From NCBI GenBank assembly GCA_022451925.1, contig JAKUNL010000021.1:1-45563 (forward strand): DNA of 45,563 nucleotides. Direction: 5' to 3'. A model generated the notes under the pieces. That model did not search any database. It was not told the origin of the DNA and worked only from the letters and a program-made list of their open reading frames with translations. Shown one piece after another: positions 8,759 through 18,764 of the stretch. The translations under genes and the position numbers were made by a program. The DNA comes from Dehalococcoidia bacterium (GTDB lineage: Bacteria > Chloroflexota > Dehalococcoidia > Lucifugimonadales > UBA3495). Every line of letters starts with the position of its first letter. The first letter of the stretch is position 1.

Positions 8759-10438
8759 ATGTCGGCTCCGTTATTGATCAACACAATCCAGGAATCAGTT
8801 GCTTACGCGTCGGAAGCCGCCCAGCATGAGGGTGTGCTCCAACTGGATACCATGCCAGAAATTCAAGTGGAACGGCCGGGTAACTCTGAGCACGGCGATT
8901 TCGCAACAAATCTCCCTCTGAGATTATCCCGCGCCACGAGGATAAACCCCTTAGAACTGGCCCAGGCTATTGCCAAGCATATCTCCCCTAACGATGTCAT
9001 AGATCACGTTGAAGCAGCGCCGCCGGGTTTTATAAATTTTTACCTGAAACAATCCTGGCTGCAAAAACAGGTGGACGTCATTCGACAATCAGGTAGCAAA
9101 TTCGGTGATGTTGACACCGGACAAGGTCGGAAAGTGATGGTGGAGTTTGTCAGCGTAAATCCAACTGGCCCAGTCCACGTCGGGCACACCAGAGGTGCAG
9201 TATTAGGTAGCGCTCTGGCCAACGTTCTAGAAGCAGCAGGCTTTGAGGTAACCCGAGAATATTACGTCAATGACGCCGGCAACCAGATGCAAATGTTCTA
9301 CAAATCTGTTCTGGCTCGCTACCAACAAGAACTTGGCCAAGAAGCAGAAATTCCAGAGAACGGCTACATGGGCGAATATATCACCGAACTCGCAAAAGAC
9401 ATATTGAATGTTGAAGGTGACCGCTTCCTAAAAATGGCAGAGGAGCAGGCCTTATTGGAGATTGGCGACATTGGCCGCGAAAAGATTGTCTCGACCATCA
9501 AAGATGACCTTTCATCCATAGGGGTTGAATTCGACAACTGGTTTAGTGAGCGCAGCTTATTCTCGAGTGGCGAGTACGAAGAAACCATTGATTTCCTTAG
9601 AGAAAAGGATTATTTATCGGAACGGGATGGGGCACTTTGGTTCAACTCTGTGATGCTGGGTGATGATAAAGATAACGTCATTGTCAAGACATCCGGTGAA
9701 TCGACGTACTTCGCTTCAGACATAGTCTACCATCGCAACAAGCTGATCAAACGAAAGTTTGAATCGGTAGTAGACATCTGGGGAGCAGACCACCAAGGTC
9801 ACGTGCCGAGAATGAAGTCGGCGGTTGAAGCATTAGGCATTGACCGCGACCGACTTACAGTCCTTATCTGCCAGATGGTAACTCTCCGCCGTGGCCAAGA
9901 CGTGATGCGCGTGTCCAAACGCGGAGGGAACTTAATCACACTGCGAGAAGTGGCAGACGAAGTAGGGATAGACGCCTGCAGGTACTCCTTCCTAGCGAAG
10001 GCCCCGTCAACCCAGATGGAATTTGATCTGGAAATGGTTAAGAAAGAGTCGAACGAAAACCCAGTGTTCTACGTTCAATACGCTCACGCCCGCAACGCTA
10101 GCATCATCGAATTGGCCCGAGAGAGAGGAATCGACTGGAGCAACGGTGACATCAGCCTCCTAACCCACCCCAGTGAACTGGATCTGATCAGGGCGCTTCT
10201 ACGGCTCCCTGAATTGGTGGATGAGATGGCAACTATTCTTGAGCCCCACCATCTACCTCACTATGCCACCGAACTAGCCAATAACTTTCATAACTTCTAT
10301 GAGAACTGCCGGGTTGTATCTTCAAACGAATCGGACACCGCCATAACCGCCGCTCGGCTCAAATTGGTAGAAGCGGCTCTCATCGTATTCCGACGCACTC
10401 TGACTCTGATGGGAATGACCGTCCCGAATCGGATGTAA
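8759..10438 (+). CDS. argS: Arginine--tRNA ligase
   Basis: HGDFATN, PGFINF, EFVSVNPTGPVHVGH (HIGH), YYVNDAGNQ, GADH, SKRGG and YVQYAHAR motifs. Confidence 0.97.
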   Translation: MSAPLLINTIQESVAYASEAAQHEGVLQLDTMPEIQVERPGNSEHGDFATNLPLRLSRATRINPLELAQAIAKHISPNDVIDHVEAAPPGFINFYLKQSWLQKQVDVIRQSGSKFGDVDTGQGRKVMVEFVSVNPTGPVHVGHTRGAVLGSALANVLEAAGFEVTREYYVNDAGNQMQMFYKSVLARYQQELGQEAEIPENGYMGEYITELAKDILNVEGDRFLKMAEEQALLEIGDIGREKIVSTIKDDLSSIGVEFDNWFSERSLFSSGEYEETIDFLREKDYLSERDGALWFNSVMLGDDKDNVIVKTSGESTYFASDIVYHRNKLIKRKFESVVDIWGADHQGHVPRMKSAVEALGIDRDRLTVLICQMVTLRRGQDVMRVSKRGGNLITLREVADEVGIDACRYSFLAKAPSTQMEFDLEMVKKESNENPVFYVQYAHARNASIIELARERGIDWSNGDISLLTHPSELDLIRALLRLPELVDEMATILEPHHLPHYATELANNFHNFYENCRVVSSNESDTAITAARLKLVEAALIVFRRTLTLMGMTVPNRM

Positions 10439-10464
10439 CACACCCTCACCCCAAGCCAACGGAA

Positions 10465-11160
10465 TCAACCCGATTGTGTGTATTTCCTTGAATCTACTGA
10501 ATTATCAGGATTGTTACCCTGGAAGAAGATGATTGAATACGTGAATTCCTTGGTATTCATTGAGCAGACTTGCGAGGCATATTTTAACGAGTTAACGACC
10601 TTTGGAACACCAGTACTTTCCCCTCCAGCTCCAACTTCGACCAAGTTTTCGACAACCACTATGACCCATTAAGTAGACTGAAGGAATCTTCCGAGAATTG
10701 GACTTCTTGTTCCGTAGGTACAGCACTCCCTAATCACCGGGGGATTATTCTCTATGGACTGATCACCGATTGCACCTGACCAACATTTTGGCTTACTGAA
10801 CAAGTCCTCGATTTCATTGAACCAGGCGTTGCTTGTTGAACTGCTTGCATCAGCAGCGCTCCTATTGGGAAGAGTACTTGGGCGCCAACGGCTTTAATAA
10901 CCCAGACGCGAACATTCAAGCTAACAAATCATAATCGATGTACCCATTACAATACGGTGTTTCAAAAACCGATACCGGAGAGATACGAATCCCAGATTCT
11001 GCCAAGCGATGTCACCACCAACAGGCAGTACAAGTCGAAATTCATCTTGTACTGGCCGCTTCTTTAGGTTTATGATTGCGTTGTCATCTGGTAATGGACG
11101 AAATATAGATTCAAGAATGGATTCAGATGTGAATTCGAGAATCGTATAAGCGCCAGTCAC
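10465..11160 (-). pseudogene. Possible decayed reading frame of unknown family
   Basis: The 10921-11160 and 10465-10659 minus ORFs share one frame; 232 codons with only three internal stops (10921, 10894, 10669). Confidence 0.3.
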
Positions 11161-11278
11161 TTAACTCTCTGCTTCGCAAACGGCCTTAGGGAATGGCTCG
11201 TAAAATTTCGACAACAGCAAACTAAGCCGTCTTTTTAGGCCTTCTTCTGCGGCAGGTAAAATAACCAAGATCGATTAG

Positions 11279-13126
11279 ATGTCAACACTCGTCCGAATCA
11301 CTAAGATCGCCTGGCAGTTTAGGCTGCGTCTGATTTTTGCCTACGCAAGCTTCCTCTTAGCCGTCGGTGTATCTTTGCTCATACCCCAGCTCTTCGGAGA
11401 AGCCATCGACCTGCTGGTTAACGTTGATGAGGATGGCATCGCTGGGAAATCGGTCGAGACGATCACTCTACTCTTTTTCGCCTTAGCGATCCTGGGAGCC
11501 AGCTTACTACGTGGCTTTCTCGACTTTGCCCGAACTTACTGCACTGACTCTCTCTCACAGAAAGTGTCATATGTATTTCGGAACGAGTTTTACAACAAGC
11601 TTCAGCATCTGAGTTTTGCCTACCACGATAAAGAACACACCGGCGACCTCATGTCCAAAGCCACTGCCGACGTCGAATCGGTACGTCGTTTCGTTAACAT
11701 GGGACTGGTTCGTGCGCTAGAAGTCATCGTACGCCTTATAGCGTTGCTTCTGATCCTAAACTTGATGAACTGGGAACTCACCCTATTAAGCCTAGTGTTC
11801 GTACCGTTTATCGTCATTCGGTCATCAATGGTGATGGGACGACTACGGCGCATGTGGCTGCAAGTTCAAGAGCGAATGGGTGAGGCCGTCACCATTCTCC
11901 AAGAGAACCTGGTCGGCATCCATGTGGTGAAAGCTTTTGCATCTGAGGAGTACGAGAAGGAGAAATTCGCCAAGAAAGCCCGGGAACTTAGAAAGGAATA
12001 TTTCGAATCAGAACGATTGCAAGGCACCAACAGCGCCTGGATGACATTATTTTTCACAGCGGGTCTTGGTATCATCCTCTGGTACGGCGGCTGGGAAGTC
12101 ATCAGGGGGGACATGACCGCTGGAGAACTGACTAAATTCATCCTCTACCTGAACCAGTTGACCTTCCCAATCAGGATGTCTTCATTCATCATCAACGCAT
12201 TCTCCAGGGCTATTTCCTCTGGTGGCCGGCTCTTTGAGGTGATTGACGCCGACTCTCCAGTCTTAGAAAAACCCAACGCCATGGTTTTAGAAAAGGCCAA
12301 AGGGAACGTAGAGTTCAACGATGTTTCGTTCTCTTACTCGAACCGGGTTCCGGCTCTGCAGCACGTCGATATATCAGCCAAACCAGACCAAATAACCGCA
12401 ATATTAGGTGCCCCTGGAAGCGGAAAAAGCACAATCGTAAATCTACTACCAAGGTTCTATGATGTGGGTGAAGGCAGCATCACCATTGACGGGCATGATA
12501 TCCGAGACCTGACTCTAGACTCCTTACGCATTAACGTCGGAATCGTCCAACAGGACGTGTTTTTGTTCAGTGCCACCATCCATGACAACATTGCCTACGG
12601 AAAGAAGGACGCCACTAGAGAAGAGGTGATTCAAGCGGCCAAGATAGCTCAACTTCATGACCACATAGATTCTCTTGAAGACGGGTATGATACCTGGGTG
12701 GGGGAACGCGGTTCAACTCTTTCCGGCGGCCAACGACAACGCCTGTCTATCGCCCGAAGTATACTGACCGACCCACCAGTATTGATATTGGACGACTCCA
12801 CATCGAGTGTGGATGTTCAGACTGAACGAATGATCCATCAGGCCATGATAAACGTGATGAAGAACAGGACGACTTTCGTCATCGCCCATAGGCTAAGCAC
12901 CGTTAGGGAGGCTGACCTCATTATCGTATTGAAAGATGGACAGATTGTGGAACAGGGCACGCATGACGACCTGCTGGCTAAACAAGGTATATACCGAGAT
13001 ATCTACGACCTACAGTTACAACCCCAAGAGGAAATGTTACTTGATGCACCCATCATAAACCCGGTTGATGAAACACTTGGAGTAGTAAGCCCGCGACTGA
13101 CTACTGACCTTGGAGGAGACAACTGA
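11279..13126 (+). CDS. ABC exporter, fused TMD-NBD subunit A (heterodimer)
   Basis: N-terminal transmembrane domain, GAPGSGKS Walker A, LSGGQRQR signature, ILDD Walker B, IAHRLST. Confidence 0.93.
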   Translation: MSTLVRITKIAWQFRLRLIFAYASFLLAVGVSLLIPQLFGEAIDLLVNVDEDGIAGKSVETITLLFFALAILGASLLRGFLDFARTYCTDSLSQKVSYVFRNEFYNKLQHLSFAYHDKEHTGDLMSKATADVESVRRFVNMGLVRALEVIVRLIALLLILNLMNWELTLLSLVFVPFIVIRSSMVMGRLRRMWLQVQERMGEAVTILQENLVGIHVVKAFASEEYEKEKFAKKARELRKEYFESERLQGTNSAWMTLFFTAGLGIILWYGGWEVIRGDMTAGELTKFILYLNQLTFPIRMSSFIINAFSRAISSGGRLFEVIDADSPVLEKPNAMVLEKAKGNVEFNDVSFSYSNRVPALQHVDISAKPDQITAILGAPGSGKSTIVNLLPRFYDVGEGSITIDGHDIRDLTLDSLRINVGIVQQDVFLFSATIHDNIAYGKKDATREEVIQAAKIAQLHDHIDSLEDGYDTWVGERGSTLSGGQRQRLSIARSILTDPPVLILDDSTSSVDVQTERMIHQAMINVMKNRTTFVIAHRLSTVREADLIIVLKDGQIVEQGTHDDLLAKQGIYRDIYDLQLQPQEEMLLDAPIINPVDETLGVVSPRLTTDLGGDN

Positions 13127-15051
13127 TGAGAGCTTCGGGACCAGGAGGCGGAGTCGGTGGCATGATGGGCGGCATGAAAGGGTTGGGCGCCAGCGGTATG
13201 CGCACGGCCAACGAAGACAATCTAAGCGACGATTCAATCGTCGGTTCAGCGTACGACCACAAAGTCGTTGTGAGACTGATGACTTACATATGGCCATATA
13301 AGCGCGACGCGTTAATAGCCATAATAGCCGTGCTCATTTACACCCTGGGTAACGTATTAGTCCCATGGTTGATGATGACAGGCATAATCTGGGCGGTTGA
13401 ACCTGGTGACGTTTCACGGTTGCACATCATCGGGCTTATATTCGCCGGCGTGACAATTCTTCACTTCGGGGCAAATTACATCCAATTCGTATTCATGCCT
13501 AAGGTGGGTCAAGGAATTCTATATTCTTTGCGTACCGGTATGTTTAACCACCTCCAAGAACTCTCACCTTCCTTCTTTCACCGCACATCAGTAGGACGCA
13601 TCATGTCTCGTAGCCAGAGCGACGTTCTCCAGCTCCAAGAGACCTTTGAACTGATGATTCAGAGCTTCTCTGATGCCCTCAGTTTGGGAGGAATCATAAT
13701 CTTCATGATGTGGATTGATTGGCGACTAGCTCTTGTAAGTATGAGCATACTGCCAGTCTTGTTATTCGTTTTGACCTACTGGCAGAGATTCGCCAGACAC
13801 TCATTCATGCGAATCCGCCGTGCAATCGCCATGGTTAACGGTGAGTACAATCAGAACATAACAGGTATCAGGGTTGTAGAAAGCTTCAACCGGCAGGATG
13901 CCAACATGGAGCACTTTGACGAGCTGAACAGCGAACACCTAAACGCCAACATGGAAGCAAGCCGATACTCCGGTGCACTTCAGCCGTTCGTTGAGACCCT
14001 TATGGGTATCGGCATGGGTTTCGGCGTTATCTTAGTGGGCGGAATAATGGTCAAGGGAGGAGATTTAGATTGGGCAGTACTAGTAGCTTTCGCCCTCTGG
14101 ATCCAACGATTTTTTGAACCGGTTCGCCATCTAACCATGCAGTACAGCCAGCTCCAACGTGCCATGGCGGCTGGAGTCCGTATATTTGAGGTTCTCGACC
14201 TAAAGCCAGAGGTAGTGGATAAGGAAGGCGCTACCACCCTGCCAGAAATACAGGGCACTATCAAGTTTGAAGACGTAAATTTCGAATACGTAAAGGGTGT
14301 TCCTGTACTGAAAGACATCAACCTACACATCAACCCTGGTGAGAACGTGGCATTAGTCGGTTCCACTGGCGCCGGGAAGAGCACATTGGTCACGCTGATA
14401 CACCGGTTCGCCGACGTTACAAATGGCCGCATCACCGTAGATGGACACGACATACGAGATGTCACGCGCCATTCGTTAGCCAGCCAAATGAGCATGGTCT
14501 TGCAAGAACCATACCTATTTTCAGGGACAGTAGCCGACAACATACGATACAACAATGAAAGCCTCAGTGACGACGAAGTGGTCACTGCAGCGAAAACCGT
14601 CGGCGCACATGACTTCATCATGTCGCTTGACCTTAGTTATAGCACGGTATTAGCTGAGCGAGGTATTAATCTAAGCGTGGGGCAACGTCAATTGCTCAGC
14701 TTTGCACGGGCCGTTGCAGGCGATCCCAGAGTCATCATCCTAGACGAGGCAACCGCGAATATCGACACCCACACAGAAGTCCTGATTCAGCAGGCACTGC
14801 AAGAGGTTCTGAGGGGCCGTACATCGATTGTCATCGCACATCGCCTCTCAACAGTCCGAAACGCGGATAACATCGTGGTTCTAGATCAAGGCAGACTGGT
14901 GGAACAAGGTAACCATGATGAATTACTCGCTAAAAAAGGTGGAATCTACGCCAGGCTATACGCGGTTAACTACGGGTTACCAGTGGACGATGAAGGCAAT
15001 GCTGTTAAAGGCGACTCTCCCAGCATGACACCAACACCCGCCGGAGATTAA
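13126..15051 (+). CDS. ABC exporter, fused TMD-NBD subunit B (heterodimer)
   Basis: TGATG overlap with the partner gene; GSTGAGKS, LSVGQRQ, ILDEAT, IAHRLST; Gly/Met-rich N-terminus. Confidence 0.93.
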   Translation: MRASGPGGGVGGMMGGMKGLGASGMRTANEDNLSDDSIVGSAYDHKVVVRLMTYIWPYKRDALIAIIAVLIYTLGNVLVPWLMMTGIIWAVEPGDVSRLHIIGLIFAGVTILHFGANYIQFVFMPKVGQGILYSLRTGMFNHLQELSPSFFHRTSVGRIMSRSQSDVLQLQETFELMIQSFSDALSLGGIIIFMMWIDWRLALVSMSILPVLLFVLTYWQRFARHSFMRIRRAIAMVNGEYNQNITGIRVVESFNRQDANMEHFDELNSEHLNANMEASRYSGALQPFVETLMGIGMGFGVILVGGIMVKGGDLDWAVLVAFALWIQRFFEPVRHLTMQYSQLQRAMAAGVRIFEVLDLKPEVVDKEGATTLPEIQGTIKFEDVNFEYVKGVPVLKDINLHINPGENVALVGSTGAGKSTLVTLIHRFADVTNGRITVDGHDIRDVTRHSLASQMSMVLQEPYLFSGTVADNIRYNNESLSDDEVVTAAKTVGAHDFIMSLDLSYSTVLAERGINLSVGQRQLLSFARAVAGDPRVIILDEATANIDTHTEVLIQQALQEVLRGRTSIVIAHRLSTVRNADNIVVLDQGRLVEQGNHDELLAKKGGIYARLYAVNYGLPVDDEGNAVKGDSPSMTPTPAGD

Positions 15052-15072
15052 CAGTAAGGCTTCGGCATAAGC

Positions 15073-15103
15073 AAAAAAGGCCCGCTCTCGAACGAGCCTT
15101 TTT
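15073..15103. terminator. Probable bidirectional intrinsic terminator
   Basis: AAAAAAGGCCCG-loop-CGAGCCTTTTT between convergent genes. Confidence 0.7.
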
Positions 15104-15121
15104 CCCACACGTCAGCAGCGG

Positions 15122-15778
15122 TTACTCTTCAGACGAGGAAGGGACACCCTCGCTTAAAAAACGCTCCATGGCCATCTTGAACGTTTCGTATGGCTGTGCC
15201 CCAGTGAAGAGCAAGTTTCCGACCAAGAAAGTCGGAATACCGCTGATACCATAACCAAGAGCTTCTTGGTATTGGGCCATGACTTCCTTGGCGTAGATCC
15301 CTTCTTCCAGACTCTTCACCATATCATCTGCGTCCAAACCTACTTCATGGCCCACCTTATGGAGAATCTCCATCTCGCCAATGTCCTGTCGGTCCTCCCA
15401 GAACGCCTTATAGGCAGCGTGGTGAAACTCCAAGAATTTCCCATGCTGTTGAGCATATTCTGTGGCTTCCAGGGCATAAAGGGTATTAGGAGTCCTTCTA
15501 GCTGGTCGCATGATGAGACCAGCATCCTTGGCCTGGCTTCTTAGTGGCTCGGATAACTCATCTTCGGTCTCTCCTGGCCGCTGGGGACGCTCTCTGCCCT
15601 CTTTTGGGGTGTCTGGACGCAGTAGGTAGGCCCGGCCTTGCACGGCTATCTCATACTCGCTCGCCAACTTGTCGACTCTCTCCAGGCCGACGTAACACCA
15701 GGGTCAAATGTAATCGTACCAAACCGAAATATTTACCGGCCGGTTATATTGGTTGGTGGTCTGAGTATTTTCCTCCAT
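15122..15778 (-). CDS. DsbA/FrnE-family thiol oxidoreductase, probable selenoprotein (UxxC)
   Basis: GGAGG RBS, then ATG at 15778: MEENTQTTNQYNRPVNISVWYDYI-TGA-PWCYVGLERVDKL continues in frame into the listed 15122-15667 ORF (PNT, GISGIPTF, GAQP). TGA at 15704-15706 occupies the first Cys of CPWC; 218 aa. Confidence 0.88.
15671..15691 (-). promoter_or_regulatory. Putative bacterial SECIS hairpin of the DsbA-like gene
   Basis: mRNA GUCGGC-CU-GGAG-AG-A-GUCGAC stem-loop starting 12 nt after UGA; G-initiated apical loop 20 nt from UGA. Confidence 0.6.
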
Positions 15779-15906
15779 ATGGACCCTCCAATATGAAATA
15801 GACTGTTGGAATCCGCCACTAGTGGACATTTCTCGAAATCATTGCCACAGGGTACCATTTACCGAGGTAAAGTCACCACAGGAGAGTCGGCCTAACTAGA
15901 AGATGC

Positions 15907-16614
15907 TTAGGCCAAATCCTCCAGAACCTGGAGCAACTCAGATAAGCTGGAAATAGTCAAGCAGCCTTCGGATTCTGGAGTGTGACCAGTCCGATCGATC
16001 AAGACCGCTTTCATACCAACTCTCTGAGCGCCCATAACATCAGACCGAACCTGGTCGCCGACGTGGAGAATCTCATCGAGTCTGGTACCGACCTTTTCGG
16101 CGGCAGCAATGAAGATTGGCGGATGAGGCTTTTCGATTCCAACTTCTCCAGAACCGACGGCGAAATCCAAGTAAGGCGCCAGGCCGACCCGCTGGCAGAG
16201 TTCTCCTAGGTCCTGTCGTAGATTGGTGATTATCCCAACCTGGTAGCCGGACTCCCTCAACTGCTCCAGCGCAGTGACAGAATCGTCGAACGGCACGAAA
16301 TCCTTAGGGACTGACATGGCCATCTTCCAAACCCGCTGCGCCAAATCCATAGATACTTCGATACCGGCGGTCGCTAATATCAACTGCTCATATCGACCAA
16401 AGAATTCCAAACGCTCCTTATCAGAACGTTTGGAGAGGGGCCGGTCCTCATTCTCGCGGTTGAAGAGCACATCAGCCACCGCATAACCGTGAATGATCTC
16501 TTCTTCTTGAACTGTCAGGCCAAGTTCGTGGCAGGCGGCCTGCTGTATCCCCTCCAATGGAGGCCAAAACCTGACCAGGGTATTGTAAAAATCGAAGGAG
16601 ACCGCTTTGATCAT
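15907..16614 (-). CDS. HAD-superfamily hydrolase (subfamily IA)
   Basis: FDFYNTL, ITN, EKPHPPIF, HVGD...DVMGA motifs. Confidence 0.9.
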   Translation of the reverse strand: MIKAVSFDFYNTLVRFWPPLEGIQQAACHELGLTVQEEEIIHGYAVADVLFNRENEDRPLSKRSDKERLEFFGRYEQLILATAGIEVSMDLAQRVWKMAMSVPKDFVPFDDSVTALEQLRESGYQVGIITNLRQDLGELCQRVGLAPYLDFAVGSGEVGIEKPHPPIFIAAAEKVGTRLDEILHVGDQVRSDVMGAQRVGMKAVLIDRTGHTPESEGCLTISSLSELLQVLEDLA

Positions 16615-16910
16615 GAACCCGCCCGTTGAACGGAATCTTGGGTAGCCGTGGGCCGTAGAAGCCTAGTCTTCCAGACACAAACGCAGTCCAATCAAGTCAA
16701 TCTGGAATTTCGGCATTCTAGCATAAGAGGACTTTGATGGAAAACCTATTTGGCCATAAAAGTTCGATACCCCAAGCATTTTATTATCAATTAATCCTTT
16801 GTGTATTTCCTTGATCCTAAACACGAATAACCAACGTTAGTCTTGCGTGACTCGAGGCCAATGAGTATGCTTGGGGAACTTTCCGGTTGCCTAGAGTAGG
16901 GAGTAATTCA

Positions 16911-17366
16911 ATGAAAGTCGCCGTTGGCGCGGACCATGCTGGTTTTGATCTCAAAGGCGAAATCGTGTCCTGGCTGCAGTCTCAAGGACATCAGGTTAGT
17001 GACGTCGGGGCCCACACCATGGATCCAAACGACGACTATCCGGATTTCGCCTTAGCCGTAGCTGATTCGGTCCTCGCTGGTAATACAGAAAGGGGCATTG
17101 TGGTCTGTGGGAGCGGAGTCGGTGCCAGCATCACTGCCAACAAGGTTAAAGGTATCCGAGCTTGTCTCTGCCACGACTCATACACGGCTCGACAAGGTGT
17201 GGAACACGACAGCATGAACGTTATTTGCATTGGCGGTCGTGTTATAGGTATAGAGCTAACAAAAGTTGTGATAGAAGCTTTCCTAGGAGCTAGTTTCATC
17301 AAGGAAGAACGGTTCCAACGCCGCCTTAACAAGTTAATCCGAGTGGAGCATAACGAACTGCCCTAA
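16911..17366 (+). CDS. rpiB: Ribose-5-phosphate isomerase B
   Basis: GADHAG, DYPD, CGSGVG, ANKVKGIRA, HDSMNV, GGRVIG, RFQRR; ATG at 16911 after GGGAG RBS. Confidence 0.94.
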   Translation: MKVAVGADHAGFDLKGEIVSWLQSQGHQVSDVGAHTMDPNDDYPDFALAVADSVLAGNTERGIVVCGSGVGASITANKVKGIRACLCHDSYTARQGVEHDSMNVICIGGRVIGIELTKVVIEAFLGASFIKEERFQRRLNKLIRVEHNELP

Positions 17367-17384
17367 CCATGTTGGCTAACTTTT

Positions 17385-18167
17385 CTAAAGCTGGGTCAAA
17401 AGAGTAAGCGCCTGCTCCACCTCGGTCGGCGACTCCAGTTGATGGAGTGCTGTGGTATTCTGCCGGGTACCTCCGATGTATACCGCTACCCCCCCAACGT
17501 TCTGCACAGCAACGAATCCATCTTCGTCCATTTGATCGTCACCAAAAAAAATAGGAATCGGGTTGTCACCGCAACCTCGGCGTATCTGCTCAATCGCTCG
17601 GCCCTTACCCCATGAGATATTAGGCATAATCTCGGCCACATTTGTGCCCCGGGTTATCTTCATCTGCCCGGATTCCACATAGGGTTTTACAGTGGCGATT
17701 AACATTTCGTCCACCTGTGCACTGTAATGGTCCGGAGTGTTTCTAAAATGTACGGTCAAAATCAAGCGTTTGTTGTCGATAACTATTTCGGGAACATCAG
17801 ACAACTCTTGCTGCAACTTCCTTGCAATTTCCGACAGAGAATCGGAAAAATCGGAAGCTCCGCAATGCACAAAATCCACTCCTAATCCACTAATCTCAAG
17901 ACCATCATTACCTGCATATACCAGGCCTGGAACTGCCACCATGGACTCAAGATCCGGCAAGCTCCTGCCGCTGATAACACCCACCACGAACCGATCCATG
18001 TTAGCAAGTATCGAGAGCAGACAACGTGTTTTCTCGGTGAGAATGGCAGTCTCTGGGCGGGCGACGATCGGCGTGAGGGTACCGTCGTAATCGCAGACCA
18101 ACAGAACGCGATCGGCGGCCAATAGTTTGCGGCTTACAGACGGCCAAACATTCAGTAGATGCGGCAT
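17385..18167 (-). CDS. otsB: Trehalose-6-phosphate phosphatase
   Basis: DYDGTLTPIV, ISGR, YAG-DGLE, VHFR, KG-A and GDD--DEDGF motifs. Confidence 0.88.
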   Translation of the reverse strand: MPHLLNVWPSVSRKLLAADRVLLVCDYDGTLTPIVARPETAILTEKTRCLLSILANMDRFVVGVISGRSLPDLESMVAVPGLVYAGNDGLEISGLGVDFVHCGASDFSDSLSEIARKLQQELSDVPEIVIDNKRLILTVHFRNTPDHYSAQVDEMLIATVKPYVESGQMKITRGTNVAEIMPNISWGKGRAIEQIRRGCGDNPIPIFFGDDQMDEDGFVAVQNVGGVAVYIGGTRQNTTALHQLESPTEVEQALTLLTQL

Positions 18168-18673
18168 AAGTTCAGACTACCAGAAGACAGATACTAGAAA
18201 CTGTGAATTAAACGACGAGAACGGCTACTTCCGTGAGTCATATCAACGAACAGGAAGTGTCCGCGCTAGTCTTTTTCGGTCAGCCAGAACATTCGGGGTA
18301 TGCTGCTCTAACTGGCAAGCCACAATCCGATTATTTGAATCCTCCATCAGCCAGCCCCCAACCGCTGTCGTAAGCGACCAAGGTATCACCGCATTCCTAC
18401 ATCAAAGAATTGTTGGCTGTAGTCAGATCGCCGGGTGGGTCTAAGTTACCTCTATCAAAGTTCGCCCGAGTCCAAGTAGTTCCGGCCTTCACCCCACCTG
18501 TAATGGCCTTTGGGTTACTGTGGGCCGGTGCCACAGATTCTGGGTTATGGAACGAACGGAAACCTGAGCTGGCATTCAGGATGGCATAATCAATGCAACA
18601 ACACGTCAGATTCTCTTCCCTGATTCTTCCACGCTAGGCGTCACATCAAATCAGAATCGCTATCCGAATCAAA

Positions 18674-18702
18674 TTGACAGCCAGGCTAACGGTTAGTAAC
18701 AT
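18674..18702 (+). promoter_or_regulatory. Sigma70-type promoter for the hydrolase/SBP pair
   Basis: TTGACA-N17-TAACAT about 60 nt upstream of the 18765 start. Confidence 0.6.
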
Positions 18703-18764
18703 ACCCGCCTGACACGCCAATGTTGCATCAAATGTAATGCAAATCAGCCTAGGAGATTGGCTCA

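Noticed and set aside
13980-14621. 213-aa antisense ORF (and many similar shadow ORFs)
   Set aside because: Mirror frames of well-supported genes, with no independent evidence.
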